In this document: piece by piece, positions 1 to 14,523 of the stretch
Layout: each line of letters opens with the position of its first letter
Position numbering within the stretch: the stretch's first letter is position 1
From: Balamuthia mandrillaris
Taxonomy: Eukaryota
NCBI GenBank assembly: GCA_031835245.2
Contig: JAVKOQ020000072.1
Span: 124,001 to 188,000 of the forward strand
Direction of reading: 5' to 3'
Length of the DNA: 64,000 bases
Made by a program: the position numbers and the translations under genes
Notes under the pieces: generated by a model
The model's input: only the letters and a program-made list of their open reading frames with translations
What the model was told of the DNA's origin: nothing
Database searches by the model: none

Positions 1-824
1 CTGAAGGAAAGAGAGACGAGGGTAGGAACAGAGCGCGCCACAGCTGACCCGAAGCAACAAGAAGAGGCCCATGGCTTTGGCTCGCTCCTTTATGTTGCGG
101 CTGAAGAGGCAGACTTTGACGGTGTGGAGGGCGTAGATCAGGAACAACGTGAAGAGGGCGAGAGGGTACCAGGAGGGCCAGCAGCGATAGCCCCACAGCA
201 CGAAGGAGACGGCGGAGCCCGTCATGCCTATGACCGCCGCCGTTACATCAAACTTAAGCAAACGTTCATAACTTGGCGCCGACCTTTTCCAAGAAAAATA
301 GAGAAACAATGAGGTTAGGTTAGACTTTTTTGTTTGGGTCTTTTTCATTCCCGAAAGAAAAGAAGAAAGGGCGTACGAGCATGTGGGCATGAAGGTATGG
401 TAGAGAATGCTGCCGATGAACATCAACAAGAGGAAAGAGAGGAGACAAAGGGCGGCGCCGCTGTTGCTCTCGCTGACCAACGGTTCCTCGCCACGAACGA
501 TGGAGAACATCACGGAGAGTAAGTACACGGAGCCAGCTATGTGCAACCATATGTTGGCAGCTACGATCGTGGTTGCGGAGTTTGAAGGGGGTTGTTGTGG
601 TTAGGTCGTTATTCCGTCTTCGTCACCTTTCTTTCTTTCTTCCTTGGCCACTTTTTTTTTTAAAAAAGGAGAGACCTACTTTCGTTATGCAGATACAGAA
701 CGGTTTTGAGGCACTGCCACCAGCTCATGCCTTGGCGACGATAGCCGGCCAACACGTACGGGTTGAACAGGAGGTACTGTGGGACTTCCTTGCGAGAAGC
801 AGCCAATTGCTGCGGGTCATACAT
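1..824 (-). CDS. PAQR / adiponectin-receptor (HlyIII) family membrane protein, multi-exon, 3' end runs off the window
   Basis: ATG at 824. Exon 1 reads VPQYLLFNPYVLAGYR...LYLHNE, next exon NIWLH...SILYHTFMP; these are PAQR motifs (PxxxxFNxYIxxGYR, HNEtxNIWxH, SxxYHxF). GT-AG introns. Confidence 0.85.
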
Positions 825-1443
825 TTTTTTTTGGGAGTATTTTCGTTTTCTCTTCTTCGTTGTTCGTTGCTCTGTTGTTTCCTCCACCACCACCTCCTTC
901 GTGTTGTTTTTGTTGCTGTTGTTTGATGAAACGAACGGGTGTCCTTTTTTTCATTTATATATTTATATTTTTGTCCTTATCTTTGTGTTTGGTTTATGGA
1001 CAAAAAATAGCCTGGCTTCAACTCTCCCTTCTCCCGCGCTTTTTGTTTTGTTGTATTTGCAGCAGTAGTTTTAAGGTAAAGGTTAGGGTTGCCGTGAGCA
1101 AGGGAAGGGTTTCCCGCACAAAAAAAAAACAAAAAAAAAAAAAAAGTGCCAAGGGCGCGTGGAGGGCACACAATAAAGAAAAAAGCCAAAACGTAGCGGC
1201 AGAGAGGCAGCAAAGAAGATTTACCCCACGACGTAGCAAAAGGAAGGGACCGCGTTCTGAGCAAAGACAGAGAGAGAGAAGCTTTTGCTTGTTTATAATT
1301 TCTTCATTTTATTTTATTTATTTGTTCATCCCCTCCCTCCATTTAGGAAAGAGTTGGGGATTACTTACACATATCCAAGCGCGTTTGGCCCGATTTCCCC
1401 TTTCGAGTAGCAAAGCCTGCTGGTTTCCGTGATCAGCAGACAA

Positions 1444-4400
1444 ATGGAGGGCGTAGCCAACGGAGAACCTACGCAGGAGCCGCAACCACATGACAAGCCA
1501 ACGCCATCCAATCTTGCGCCCTCACTAAGCCAGAGCCAACTCCACAATAAGGCGGGAGAAGAGGAGGAGCTGTCCTTGGCACAGCTTCGGGCATTGGCAT
1601 TGCGGACCGTAAAACCTGTCGCAGCTGCTACACCCATCCCCTCATCCGCTCCTCTCTCCAATAATGCTTCCTTCTCTTCTCCTACCAGCGTTTCCGCCAG
1701 TCGACAACACAAGCAACCAAGCCACAAAGGTTCTATCGGCGAAAAGGAAGATGGTGAGTTGGAAGAAGGGGAGATACCGCCAATGCTGTTGAATTCTTCA
1801 ACCGCTAACAATTTAGCAGAATGTGAGCCAAAGGCAAGGCCCCCTTCCCCGCCACCACAGCAACAGAAGCTTGTCCAAGTTAAAGTAGAACAACAGAAAC
1901 ATCGCGAACCAGAACGAGCTCTCCAACCTTCGCTGAGACGAACAACAAAGCTGGCGCTGAAGCAAGAGGAAGAAGAAGAGGAAGAAGAAGGGGAATTGAT
2001 TCTCCCTCCCAGCACAACCACCGCCAAGGATCAAGCCGGCACAGCTTTAGAGTCGGAGGCACAGCGATCCACAACGGAGGAGCAAGCCGACGAGTTTGAG
2101 GCCTTGCTTCATGGCTATCAAGAAACAAAAAGGAAGAAGGAGCAACAACAAAAACGCGAAAAACGAGAACGGAAGAGGCTTGCTAGGCTGCGTGAACGGA
2201 GGGAGCGGGAACGGGAGCGGGAACGAGAGCGCGAAAGAGAGCGCGAAAGAGAGCGTGAAAGAGAGAGGGAACGAGAGCGAGAGAGAGAACGAGAGAGAGA
2301 ACGCGAGCGCGAACGAGAACGCCTCTGGCGGCAACAAGTGCAACTACTGGCTAACTCGGGGAGTTACCAGGCTCCCTTTTTTGGCTTTCCCCAACCACAA
2401 GCTGGATTACCTCTCCAGCGTTCCAACTTTGTTTCACAAGACACCCCTGTTCAACGACCTCCTTTCCATCCTTCTATATTTCCTGAGGCTTCCTTTAAGC
2501 TTCCAATGGCAGCTCCGTCGCTAACCCATCATATGGGACATCCGACCCGACCCCTTCCTCCCTCTCGACCGTACCCGACACATGGCATGTACCCTTCTTT
2601 GCGGCCATCTTCTCCTTCTGCTCCTCTGTCCCCAACTTTTGATGATCGTTCCTTGGCACCAATCCCTTCTTCTCCGCCCTTGGCACCCATTTCTTCTAGG
2701 GGTATTGGCCTTCCTCCATCTTCTCCACCTGAGGCAAACGTGGCTGCCTCTAACTCTAAACCAGGCCTATCTCTTCCGCTCCGCACCTTTCCTTCAGCCA
2801 CAGAAAACCCATCTGAGCAAAGCCAACAACGATCCTTGCCTTTATCTCCTTTCACTGGTCCCGCTTCCAGCCTTGCACCAACTGCTGTTGCCTCATCTTC
2901 CACTTCTTCAACCTTCCCTGCGACCACTTCCAGCCAAGCTCTTGCTTCTTTCTCAACTTCCGCTCCAACTTCCGCCTCCACAACCTGTTCTCTTGCACTA
3001 CCCACACCAGAACCTGCCCATGCACCCAAATTAACATCGGTCCCGGCTGCCACTCCGTACTCAACCGCTCTTCATGCCCCTGCTCCCTCAGCCCCAATAC
3101 GTCCTTTAGACACTGAGCCTAGTGTTTTGAAATCACGGAAATACAGCGGCCAGAACAGAAACGTCTCGGCTCCTTCTTACAACAGGAAACCAAGCGCTGC
3201 GATGTTCTTTTCGGAGAGAATTCCATCTCCTCCGCCTTCCACTCAGACACAACAAACTAAGGCCCCTTCCCCGCCCTCTCCTGGTTTCTCGCTGATTATC
3301 AACCTTGATGATGAGGACATGGACACAGACTCTGAAGAAGATGGCGAAGAAAAGGTCATTAACGTGCCGGAACAGCAACAAGCGACGGCCGTCCCACCTC
3401 CAAGCAACGATCCATCTACCATTGCTTCAAGTCTGGACTCCACACTTTCTCACCTGAAGCAGCAAATTGCTCAAAAAGAAAGAGCCAAGCTTGTGGAAGA
3501 AGCCGCGCAGAGCAGACCCCATGCCATTGCAACGGTTGCCCGGTCTACTGCGGCTGGCACTTCTTCACTTGACACGTTAAGTCGTGCCCCACCTGACGAT
3601 ATAGAAAAGATACGAATTCAAAAAGCCAAGGAGCTGGAGCGGTTGAAGCAGCTCATTGCAGAGAAGGAAAGACAGCTTGAAAAACAGAAAGACCGTAGTA
3701 ACGAACCCAATGGCTCAACACATAGCAAAGCTATTCAAAGCAAAGCCACCTCCAAGTTCCCACCACAAACTCAAAAAGCAATATCGATGGAAGTGCAGAG
3801 CAAGGTGGTTCCGTCAAACGCCTCATCTACAACGAACAAGAAGAACCAACAGAGAAAAACCATAGCACAAGCACAGAACAAGCCTACATTGACAACCATA
3901 CCAACCCAAAGTACGTTGGTGGACGCACAGAATCTAATGCCTCCCAAATCCAACGCAACACAGAGCATGATGATAGATGCACGCAACAACCCTACCGCAC
4001 AGACCCTACCTGCGCCCAGCTTGGCAAGTCAACCAACAGCACAGAGAATGGAAGCCCAGGTCGCTGCTCCTCAACAACAATCTTGGACGTCAGGAAATGA
4101 TAGCCGAAGCTCCGTCAAGCAAAAATACAGGGCAGAACGGCCGAAGGCCACGAATCAAAAGGAAGCGACTCGCCGCACACAACACATCCAACAGGATCCC
4201 ACTTCCCCTCAAAAGGCTCCAGAAAACGAAGCTTCAAAAGTCATCAATCGAACCGCCAATCAGGCAGAAACCCGAGTTGAACCGACGCAAGACAGAGAAC
4301 GTACAGAAGATTCTCGGCAACCCAGGCCTCAAGTTTGTTCCGACGCACCAAACAGCATTTCAAGAGAAAACGGCATAGTAGCATTTCCACCCCGCGAGTC

Positions 4401-7400
4401 CTCCTTCCCAAACGCGTACAATTCATCTCTCTTTGAGAACCTGTTCGTGCGGGAAGGCCAACTGCACACCCAAAACGTCGACGAGTACAAAAAGAGAATC
4501 GACGAACAGGAGAAGGTTTTGGCAAGTAAACAAGAAAGTGTGTCATCGCTCTCTTGTGAGCACGAGAGCTTGCGACAAAGAGTAGCTGACCACACAACTC
4601 GGAAGTCCTTCCTGGATGCACGTGTAACCGTGCTAAGGGAACAGCTGCGGGTGATGGAGAATATGCGTAACGAATGCGTGGAGCTCCTTCGTACTGATAC
4701 AGAGAAATTGCAACAGGTAGAACGAGAGTTTACCCAACAGAAAGAAGAGCTACAAACCCTTAAAACTGCTGTTGAGCGTGAAAGGGTTAAGCTGTGCGAA
4801 ATGTACGTGGAGTGGAAAGTCAACCAGCGACTATCGGCCTATCCTGCCAGCCTTCCTCAATGCCCGCCTTCATCATCCTTGCCTCCTCTTGTCCTCAAGC
4901 CAAGTGAAGAAAGGGATTTTTCCAGCTCCACTTCAACCCCCTCCGTTTTCGAAGCGCTCTCTCTTCCTTCTCCTACTGGTCGGCCTTCTACCCCTCCTCC
5001 CGCACAGTTATATAACAACACTCGCTTTGAAGAGATGCAGGAGGAACAACAGCACCCTCAAGTGCTGCCTCTGCCAAGTTCTGCTCAAATAGTTCTGACG
5101 CGGACGACCACAACTCAAGCTTCCAATAATTCCCTTCCATTACAAGCGCATGACGGTACCACACATTCTTCTTTAGTTCAAACGAACTTGCAGCAACCCG
5201 AATCCGTACCATTATCAGCAACAATATCTGGCCCTTCTCCCACAACTAATGGACAGCAGGGAGCCAATAATGCGGAGAAACGAAAACCAACAAAGTCAGA
5301 GCGTAAAAGGAAGAGAAAGCAACGCCGTCTCGAAATGCGACAACAACAAAAAGAGAAACGAGAACAGGAAGCCGCAGTGCCACCACCAGCTCCACCAACC
5401 ACACCACCAGCCTCACCAATCACGCCACCACCTTCACCCTCATCAGAGCTCGTAAGCATCAACTGGGTGGACAACATACAAGCCAAGCTAGCCGGTAAAG
5501 CCACCAAACAAACAGCAAAACAGGGCATTAAAGCCACTACTGTCTCACCACCGCTAAAATCAGCGGAAAACGAAGATAAAGAAGTGGAAATGCGGTTAGC
5601 AGCCCTCAGAGAAGCCGCACTCCGATCAGCGAAACGTGTAGCCAACGCACAAGCCGCTGCAACCACCCCCATCACAATAACCACCCCCCAACAAACCAAA
5701 GATTTAACGAAATCAGCAAAACCTACCAACACTTGCTCTGAAGGCGCAGGCGCCCCACAACCAAGCAAAGATCACCCCAAAGCACCGGCGGCTCAAGATA
5801 CAAATCCTACACTGCCACCTGCCCTTTCTGTACCTGCTACCACGTCAACCACAACCACAAGTCCCACATCTCAACAAACTGATCATCCCCCCAAAGCTCG
5901 GGACCGTGCAACCCTAACAACAAACCAAGCACCTTCCTCTGTGGTTGTTGAACCCAAAGCGAACATTGTTTCCAGATGTGAACCGGAACCCATGGAGACA
6001 GAACAATCCACCACATTCCCAACCAAGAAAGAAGACTGGGCAGCGGAAGTGACAAGGGAGCGCGTTGTTGCACCCAATAACAAAGAAACTCAACCCAATC
6101 CAATCGACAGAGCGACTGCCGTGCCAACAAAGGATATCCCTCCAGTGGATGTACTACCGGAAGAGCACGGACCCACTTGGCAAGAAGCATTGGTCTATGG
6201 AGGTTTTATGCAGATCCCTCCCCTGTGTCTCTCTGGAGAAGATGCCTTTAGTGGCTCAGCATGCGAAATGGAAGAGTTGAGCGAACCCATTGCAAATTTA
6301 TCCATGGCGGTTAACAAGGAAGTAACTAGCGTCAGCGAAGATCCGGCCCTCTCTAACCTCAACTACGAAATCCTGCACACAAGTAACTTGAAAACTGTCT
6401 CATCGGACAACTTCAAAGTACGCATTTCATTTTGGTATTTTTTTAAAAAAATTCATTACGATTAACGTACTCTCATGGATATCCAGTTATCCTCTTTATC
6501 GCGAACGGATGATTATACAAGCCCCCTTTTAAGCATGAGAAGCTATCGCCTTAGCCCTTACTATGGCAGCAGGGACTTAACCCAGCGTGCTGGTCCTTCT
6601 GCAGGTGCCAATCCTTCACGACGCCTCATTCAAAGCTCAACCCACACGAACAAGGTGGACGTGCATAATATTTTTTGTCGCTTTGATCTTCATGGTACTT
6701 GCAATGACGATCAGTGTCCGTGGCAGCACACCAAAGATTATCTGCTCGACGGTAAGGCCTTTTCCCGCCATTTCTCTATACTTCTTGCAAGTGGAGTTCG
6801 ACATCTTATTCTCTTCCCAATTATATCAGAGGAAGAGATGCTGTACGATGTGGCTTCTTATGCGGAGGTACTGCAGATTGGGGCTGAGAAACAGATTACC
6901 GCTGAAGAGCTTATGGACAAAGTCAAGAAGCAGTTCCTAACTTCAAACTCAGGCCCTCCCTCCGAGCTGCGCTCTGAGATCGGCAAGTTGCGCACTGAAC
7001 TGCTATTGATGGAGATGCGCAAAAACTTGAATGTCCTCCGCCGAGATAATTTAGCCTCTGAGTCTGATGAACCTTCCCCTTCCGCTGCTCGTTTTCCCTA
7101 CTACATAGCTCTCCAACCACGGTCAAATCGTATCAAACCAGTGGCACGACCTTCTCCTGTACAAAGCAAAACAAAAACTGCCACACCCAGCAACAAGCAT
7201 CCCAGCCGCCGCCACGCCAAGAAAGGTCAGTGCACTTAGCTTCTCTCTTGTTTCGGACTCTTACATTAGCACTTTTTAGGCAGTCCCTCCGAATCCGAAA
7301 AACACGTTCCTCCAGCAGAAAACGTTGTGAGTGGATCCTCTTCAAATGGTCGTGGCTTGAGCGAAGGCTTTCCCGAAGCTGATTTTGTGCCTTTCTACGA

Positions 7401-10400
7401 GGCCAGAGAGAGCGGTCTGGATATGTCTTCTGACGTTACCACAGACGAGCAGACAGAAGAACGGTATTATACATCTGCTCACTCTCCACAGGAGTACGAA
7501 CGACTGCTGCGCTATCATCCCCACAACATCGCCCTTTGGTTGAGTTATGCAATGGAGGTATGTACTATCATATTACTTCTTTTTGTGCGATCGGAGGGTG
7601 TTGGCTAACTTTCTTTTTCGAACTATAGTATATTTCACCAGAGAAACGGGATCTTGTTGTGGGTACAACAGAAGGCACCGATCTAAAGAACCTGTTGGAG
7701 TGGTGTGAGGAAGAAGAAGTTGGGACAGAGACTATTGCTCCTTGGCAACCAATGGAAGGAATAGACTCTGCACTCGTTATTTTGGCCCGCGCTTTGGAAG
7801 TTAATGCCACAGCTGTGCCCCTGTGGAGACTCTATCTGGAGCTGTATCTTCGGCACCTCGACACCAATAACAGTAAGGCCGCCAACGAGGAAATCAAAGA
7901 GCTCTTTGAGAACGGAGTTCGTTTCAACCCAACTTCTCATCTACTTTGGAGCATGTACATCCACTCGCAGAGAAGCCTTGGAACCAAGGTTGACATCTGT
8001 GCTCGTGCCATCGAGGCTCTCAACACAAAAGGTGCTTCTACATCAGCTGCCTCTTCCAGAGACCTGTTACATATGGTCTTGTTGCTGCTTTATCTGCTTT
8101 GCAAGGCGGGTTTTGCACACATAGCGGATAAAGCATTGAGGATGGCCTTCAACATTCCCGCGGTGCTGTCCTCTTCTGAGAAGGATAATATCACTCCCAT
8201 AGGAATTGCTGACAATGTCGAAGAAGGAGAAGAAGAAGCTAATCTCCAGGTCAATTTGCCACCTTCCATAGTGGAAGGGTTACTCCCTCATGACCTCTGC
8301 ACGCTCTGCCTCGGTTGCATCCACATCGCCGCATTTAACCGGCTGCCCTTCTCGCCTTACGGAAGACTGGGCAGCAGATTTCCAACCCAACAATCAATTG
8401 TATTGAGCTGGCCTGCACGTGATACCCGATCATCAGAGGAGCATGCCACCGCCGCTACCACTAACGAACAACACCTTAACTCCCCGCACACACTTGCTAG
8501 GCTCCGCAAATACTTTGAAACGTTCTTCCCGTTATTCCCCTCATTCCAGACGGCTGAGGAGAACTCCTCGCATCCTCTACTGCCTCTTTTGATGAGCAAC
8601 GTCACAATGGAGCTAAAGATTGGCAACCTGGAGCACTGCCGACGGCTCTGCCAACAGTTCCTGCGGCTAGCGCCTTCCCTCCCTCAGTTGTGGCTTCTTT
8701 ATGCGCAAGTGGAAGAGGTCATTATTTTCCTCCACCTTTGTTGGTGTGGCTTCTTACTCTTTGTGCGTTATATGAAGGCTGGAGGAAACCTTGATGATGC
8801 AGAGCTTATTTACGAGAGGTATTTGGCGCGTTTTCCTCAAGCCTTTGCTTTGTGGCACGCTTTGGCCTGTTTCAAGTACGTGCACAGAGGCATGGAACAA
8901 GCTCTGGCAATTCTCTGCAGGTGCGTTACGCAGTTTATGGACCACAGCGATCCGACCACAACGCCGCCTGTACCTCAAGCCTGCTCCGTTTATGCTGCAC
9001 TCCTTAAAATACAGCGACCTGAGAATGCCCCTTCTGCTCTTTCTTCTGTCGTACATCAACATGGTACCTCTCTCTCTCTCCTCTGTCCCCATCCAAATGT
9101 GAGCGCATGATGACTAACTGTATTATTTCTTATCAAGTGGTAGAATACGAGCAAAACGTGTTTCTATGGCTAAATTATTGCCTTTTGCAGGTTTTAACTG
9201 GTGAAGAAGCAGCTGGTGCTGCCTTTGAGAGTTCTCTTCTTACCTTATCTTCTGCTGAAGACCGGAAAAAGATGTGGTTGGAGTACGTCTTAACCTTCCC
9301 TCTCGTATCATTGCTGTCTCTCATTTCTCTTATCTCTTACTTTACCTTATATAAGGTTTATAAACTACGAGGGAGGCTTCTGTAATTCGCCAGCCTCGCT
9401 GATGCGATCCGTAACAAAGTGTCTTACAGATATATCAGTGATGCGCCCGATTGAAAACAACAAGGCGAGCTATTCTCGTACTTTGCTTCTGCCCACACCC
9501 GCTTCTTCTGATGGTGATGGCGAGGAGCACTCCACCCAGGTCTTTACCCTAAATTCGCACGTGCTCCGCTTTTTGCAACAAAACTTGGACGAGGAGCCGG
9601 TTTCGTTTCTCCTCCTTTAACGTCTTCTTTGTCTCCGTATCGGCCAGTTACTAAACTTGTTAATGATGATGATTAGGGGCTAATGTGGCACAACAAAGTG
9701 GTGGATGGCGTATACAGTATTCTGCAACGAATGAACACGCTCTCCGCAACGGAGCGCGATCGTTACTGTTCTCAGCTGTTTAACTACGCCCTCTCGTTGC
9801 ATCCATTCAATCCTCACTTGGCTCTCAAGTACTTCCAAATGCCTCACTTTTTTTTTCTTTCTCTGCAAAACTGTTGATGGCACTGTGGTTCTCAACAGCC
9901 GAGCCCGGCTGTTTGGTTACTAACGATTATTTTTGATAATGTTAATGACGCAAATAGGGCGGCGTCGTTTGCATTCCGGCAGGGAGACAGTACCAAGGCA
10001 AAGCACATCATGTGGAAAGCTTTGAGCTTAAACCCCTCAGCAACATCTTGTTGGATGAAGTATGAATTTTTCCTCATAGAGATCTCCTTTGTTCAACTTT
10101 ATCTTTGACCTTAAACAAAACACACACAGGCTAATACAGTTGCAGCTTGCTGAACATAATGTGGAGGGAGCCAGAAGGTGCTACCGACGTGCACTGAGCA
10201 AGGCCAACAACATGACGGACCAACGCCTTTGGAATAGCGTAACACAGCCTTTTTATCCTTCATCCATGACCACACACATCAGTGTTGGTGGTGCTTGTGT
10301 AAGTTCCAGTTTTTCGACTCACGCCTCTTGTATTTTTCCTCTCTTTTCTTTGGTGTTTCTTTGTTGTCGCCGTTTATTACAAAGTGGTTGGAATTCGAGA

Positions 10401-10477
10401 GCGTGCAGCAGTCCACACAGACGGACCAACCAAGAAGGATTGTGGAAATGGCCAAAGAAAGAGGAATTAGTATATAG
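1444..10477 (+). CDS. ZFC3H1: ZFC3H1/Red1-like PAXT (nuclear exosome adaptor) protein, multi-exon
   Basis: Long low-complexity/coiled-coil first exon with an (ER)n run. YTSPLLSMRSYRLSPYY followed by the zinc finger KVDVHNIFCRFDLHGTCNDDQCPWQH, then HAT/TPR repeats (PHNIALWLSYA, LARALEVN..LWRLYLELY, LWLLYAQVE). Last exon ends at 10477. Confidence 0.8.
2196..2322 (+). repeat. Coding (Glu-Arg)n dipeptide repeat
   Basis: About 20 ER pairs encoded with mixed codons inside ORF 1429..6465. Confidence 0.9.
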
Positions 10478-11316
10478 GCTAGGCAAAACAGGATAGGGGT
10501 TTTCCTTGTACAGTTATTTGGGTTAGATTTGCTTTCTCTTACAAGTTTTTGCTTACTCACCTTTTTCGTGCCACTCTTTGATTTCCTATTAGCTGCCACT
10601 GATGCCTCTCTCCTCCATTGCAGTCCAGCAGAACTCAGGTTGCTTTGCTACGAAATTTTAACAATGACAACAAGGGTACCTCGAAGCTCTCCTTTTGGAT
10701 ATGGCCATAACTCCCCAGCTGGCTGGTTACTATGGCGCACCCATCAGCCCAAAACTTCTGACTGAGTACAATCCCTCTTGTTTCTGGCGATACGCTCCCC
10801 TTCTTTATTGCAGGTACTAGCTAATGGGGTTGGTGGGCTTGCCCTTCACATGAAACCTGGTATCTTCCACCGGCCTCCGCTACGTTTCCGATCAGTGGCA
10901 GTCGCCGTTGGAGGTAACAGATCTGCCACTGACGGGATGGTAGTGATGGCAGTGGTCGTGGTATCTTTTTGCTTTTTGTTTTCCATCTCTTCTTCCCTCT
11001 CTCCTCTCCCCCCCTCTCTATCCCTGTTCTTCTCTCCTCTCGCTCCCAAAGGGAGAGGCACCACCGAATTGCCAATGCAAATTGCCCAGTTGAAGCAAGG
11101 GGGCGCCTTAAGTTGAATCAAAAACGAAAAAAAAAACAAACAAAAACAAAAAGATTGCGGCAGAAAAGAAAAAGAAATGCAACCTTTCCTGTACGTGAAA
11201 AACTGATATTATTTCAACTTATAAATATTCGTTATGTTTTATTTGCTCGAGAAAGAGAGGGGGAGATGAAACGTCTTTTGGCCATGTTTCCCTCCCGAAA
11301 CACCCGAATCAATTAT

Positions 11317-12454
11317 TCAGATCCGCCAAGTGGATGCAAAACAATCAGAGGGCACAAAGAGGGAGTCCTGCGGTTGGAAGGCAAGGGGGGTTCCACTGGC
11401 TGGCATTTTTCTCTTTATGTGTGTCTCAAAGAGCTAGAAAAGGCCGAAAGGACAGGGATCAACACATTGCAAGAGCTTATGAGGGCGAAAACAAAGTACG
11501 TACCGAACTGTAGGAGAGTTCAACAAAACTTTCCAGGTCAAAAGGTTGTTTGGTGAGTTTGCCCTCAAAGGCCTTCAACAAAAGCTTGACCTGGGGGTCG
11601 TAATGTGTCGCCAATGCCTGATTTAACAAAGGTCGAATAAGAATAATATTCACCCGTACAACGCTTGCACCAACACGTACCTTGATTTCCCACAATGAAC
11701 TGTTTAGGGCTTGGCATTTCTTTGGGTCAGGCTCTTGGAACAAGAAGGGATCGGAACCGGGATTGTCTCCATGCAAAATCTGCAATATGTTTTCTCCTGC
11801 GTCACTGCTGTTTTGAGTTGCTTGATCGCTCTGCTGTGTTTGCTCCATGCTTCCATTAGACTCTGGAGCTGCAAGCATCAGTGCAGAGGGGCGTGCTGGC
11901 AAAGATACAATTGTCAGCAGCAAAGCAACAACGTTACAGTCAAAGGTGCGTACATTTTGTGTCCTCTGCACCAGTCGCATCTCTGTGCAGGAGCAAGCGA
12001 CATTGAGGGTGTCGATACAAGAGGTTGTACATGAATGCGATCATCAATAAAGCACCCGACGGAGGCGCAGCTAAAGCCAGGCGAGCCATCCTCTTGATAA
12101 ATGCCGCTACAAGATAGGCGGGCAGATGCCTTTGTTTGATTCAAATGCGCGTCAGCATAAACTGAAGACTAACCACAGCAGCGCACGTAAAAAAGGATAC
12201 GCACGAAGACGAAAGGAACAAGGCAGATAACTTGAAAAATTCAGCTCTGTGTTTAACATAGAACACAGAAGGTTCATAAAGTGCGTAAAGCTTGCGATAA
12301 AAATCTGGGTAATCTCTGTTGTGAAAGACACAATAGTCAGCGTTAACCCGTAGGACAAGAAAGAAATCAGTAACACGCACAAGTTATGTTGGGTGATAAG
12401 AATAAATACTCCGTGTAATGCTAGCAAGCTGATGATCCCACCTAGCAAAGCAAT

Positions 12455-12488
<34 letters not shown>

Positions 12489-14163
12489 TGAGTCCAAATA
12501 AGCGCGGTGTATAAACCGCAAAGGCACAACGAACCCTTGTCATATGAATCTTTGAGAAAGTCCATCAGTCGGACTGGTGTGTTAAAATAAGGAATGACTT
12601 GGTCATGCATGTTGCGTAGAACAGATTTGTAGACAGCTCCAGGCAGAGGAAGGCGGAGGAAAGCCAACCAGCAATCTTCAAAAGCCTTGCGATGTCCCAG
12701 AAGATAGAGAGGAGCAGCTGCACTTTTCTTTTGTTTTTGCTGTTCCGCTTCTTTTCGTTTTCTCTTAGCGCCCACTTTATCAGCATTACTGGATGATTTG
12801 CCTTTCTTGTTTTTGGCAGAGGCCTTGTTTCTGGCTTGTTCCTTGGCCTTATCTAACTGACTTTGCGGGGTGATGAAGAAAGATTTTATGTCGGATTGTT
12901 TGGTCGGCATTTTCACCTTTTGTAAGATTACGTGAGCATTTCTCACAAAAAGCTCCATTGGCATGTCCGCTATATTCCATATTTCTTCCGCATCATCATC
13001 TTCTTCCTCTTCATCCTCCTCCTCGTTTTCCTTCTCCACTTTCTCCTTTTCTTTTTGGTTTTTGTTGCTTTCGATGCGTTTTTCGTTATTTGCTTTTCGT
13101 TGAAGACCGTTGCTGCACTTCTCATCTTTTGAAAGAGTTTCCTGTGGGGATACCATTGCCTCCCGCTTGCGAATAAACAGTTTTCTGGTTTATTTATCAA
13201 CAGAGGTGAGTTTAAGTTGAGATGATCCTCTACGAGCAAAGTACGTACGCCAAATTGTGAAGCGTATAATAACGAATATCGGCAAATAGACCAAGGTATT
13301 TACTGTCAAAAAGACGCAAGAGTTCACTATCCCCTCCGCAGCCGCTTGTTACCAAGTGTTCTGAAGTTTGATTTCGCCGCAAAAAGAGGTAAGATAACGA
13401 TAACGATATAGAACTAGGAAGGAGAGCAGAAAAAAAAAGAAAGAGAAACGACGAAAGAGCAACAACGAAAGAGAAACAACGAAAGAGAACAAGAAGACGA
13501 TAATCAAACAAAGCAAAGAAAAGAAGTTACCAATGAGCCGAAAGAAAAAAGTGTTAGGGAATACACTAGAACCCAACAGTTTGTTTTTCTCTAGAGCCTC
13601 TTGTTGCATGAATGACATGTAAACTTTTAACGCAAGAGTCTACAGTTGGGGACCAAAAGCTGTCAGAAAAGAGGAAGACGGTAGGGTCGGACAAACAAAC
13701 CTGCAACTGATGGTGGTGATGATGAAAGAGCTTTGCGAGGAGCCGCATGTAGGAACGTTGGCATGAGAGCAACCAACTGCCGTTCTCGTTGGTGGACTCA
13801 TCTGCTGCAGGTTTGTCCTTGGCTTGGTCTTTGTGTTCTGTTTTAGTTTTCTTGGGCGAGCGCTTGTTGTTGGCTTGCAAGTATGCAAAAGCGCCCTTTT
13901 GGTGAAGTTGACTGAACACTCGTTGAAGCGACTTGACTGCGTTGTACAATATGGTTGAGGAGTTCTCCCAGTTCTGCACTCTCACAAAGAGAGAGAGGGT
14001 GAGCTACGTGGGGGGGGAAGCAACAACGGGCACACGCACAACGTACCGCACAGGTCTTCAGCAGTTCCGAGATAGAGTTTTGGTGCTGAGAAAGGTTCCC
14101 CAGGATCTGCTTTTCCCACTTTTGAATGCGCAAAAGGGTTTGTCGCTCCTGGTCTGCTTCCAT
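11317..14163 (-). CDS. NOC4: Nucleolar complex protein 4 (CBF/Mak21 domain), multi-exon
   Basis: ATG at 14163 (MEADQERQ). Motifs AFEDCWLAFLRLPLP, LMDFLKDSYDKG-GIISLLALHGVFILITQHNL-DYPDFYRKLYAL and DPFLFQEPDPKKCQALNSSLWEI. Final exon LFETHIKRK...TWRI* ends at 11317. Confidence 0.92.
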
Positions 14164-14417
14164 GGTTAACCAGCGGTTGTTGAGCGTCGAAAGAAAACCA
14201 CTCCGGCGGCGTAGGGATGGGACCAGGCCAACAGCAGGCGTGCCTTCTTTCTTCCTTGTTGCTTGTTGCAAGGAACAAGGGAAAGAAGCGAGAATGCCTT
14301 CCCGTGTCGTCACGAAATACCAATAAGGACCGTAATATTAGGTAAGTGACAAAAGGTACACCATCCTCGTAGATCAGTTAGGCAAAAAAAAACAAAAAAA
14401 ACACAACGAGAGAGACC

Positions 14418-14462
<45 letters not shown>

Positions 14463-14523
14463 AAATTAGCAGCTGAGGCGGAAGAAGAAGGCGGAGGAGG
14501 AGGAGAGGAGAAGGCCATTCTTA

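Noticed and set aside
1078..1092. GGTTAGGGTT telomere-like motif
   Set aside because: A single unit, expected by chance.
1365..6190. Numerous antisense ORFs opposite the ZFC3H1-like exon and other genes
   Set aside because: They are shadow ORFs of low-complexity coding sequence with no independent motifs.
10600..10990. Small minus-strand ORF MENKKQKD... with TGA stops (possible selenoprotein or short gene)
   Set aside because: No recognisable motif, splice model or SECIS element could be supported.
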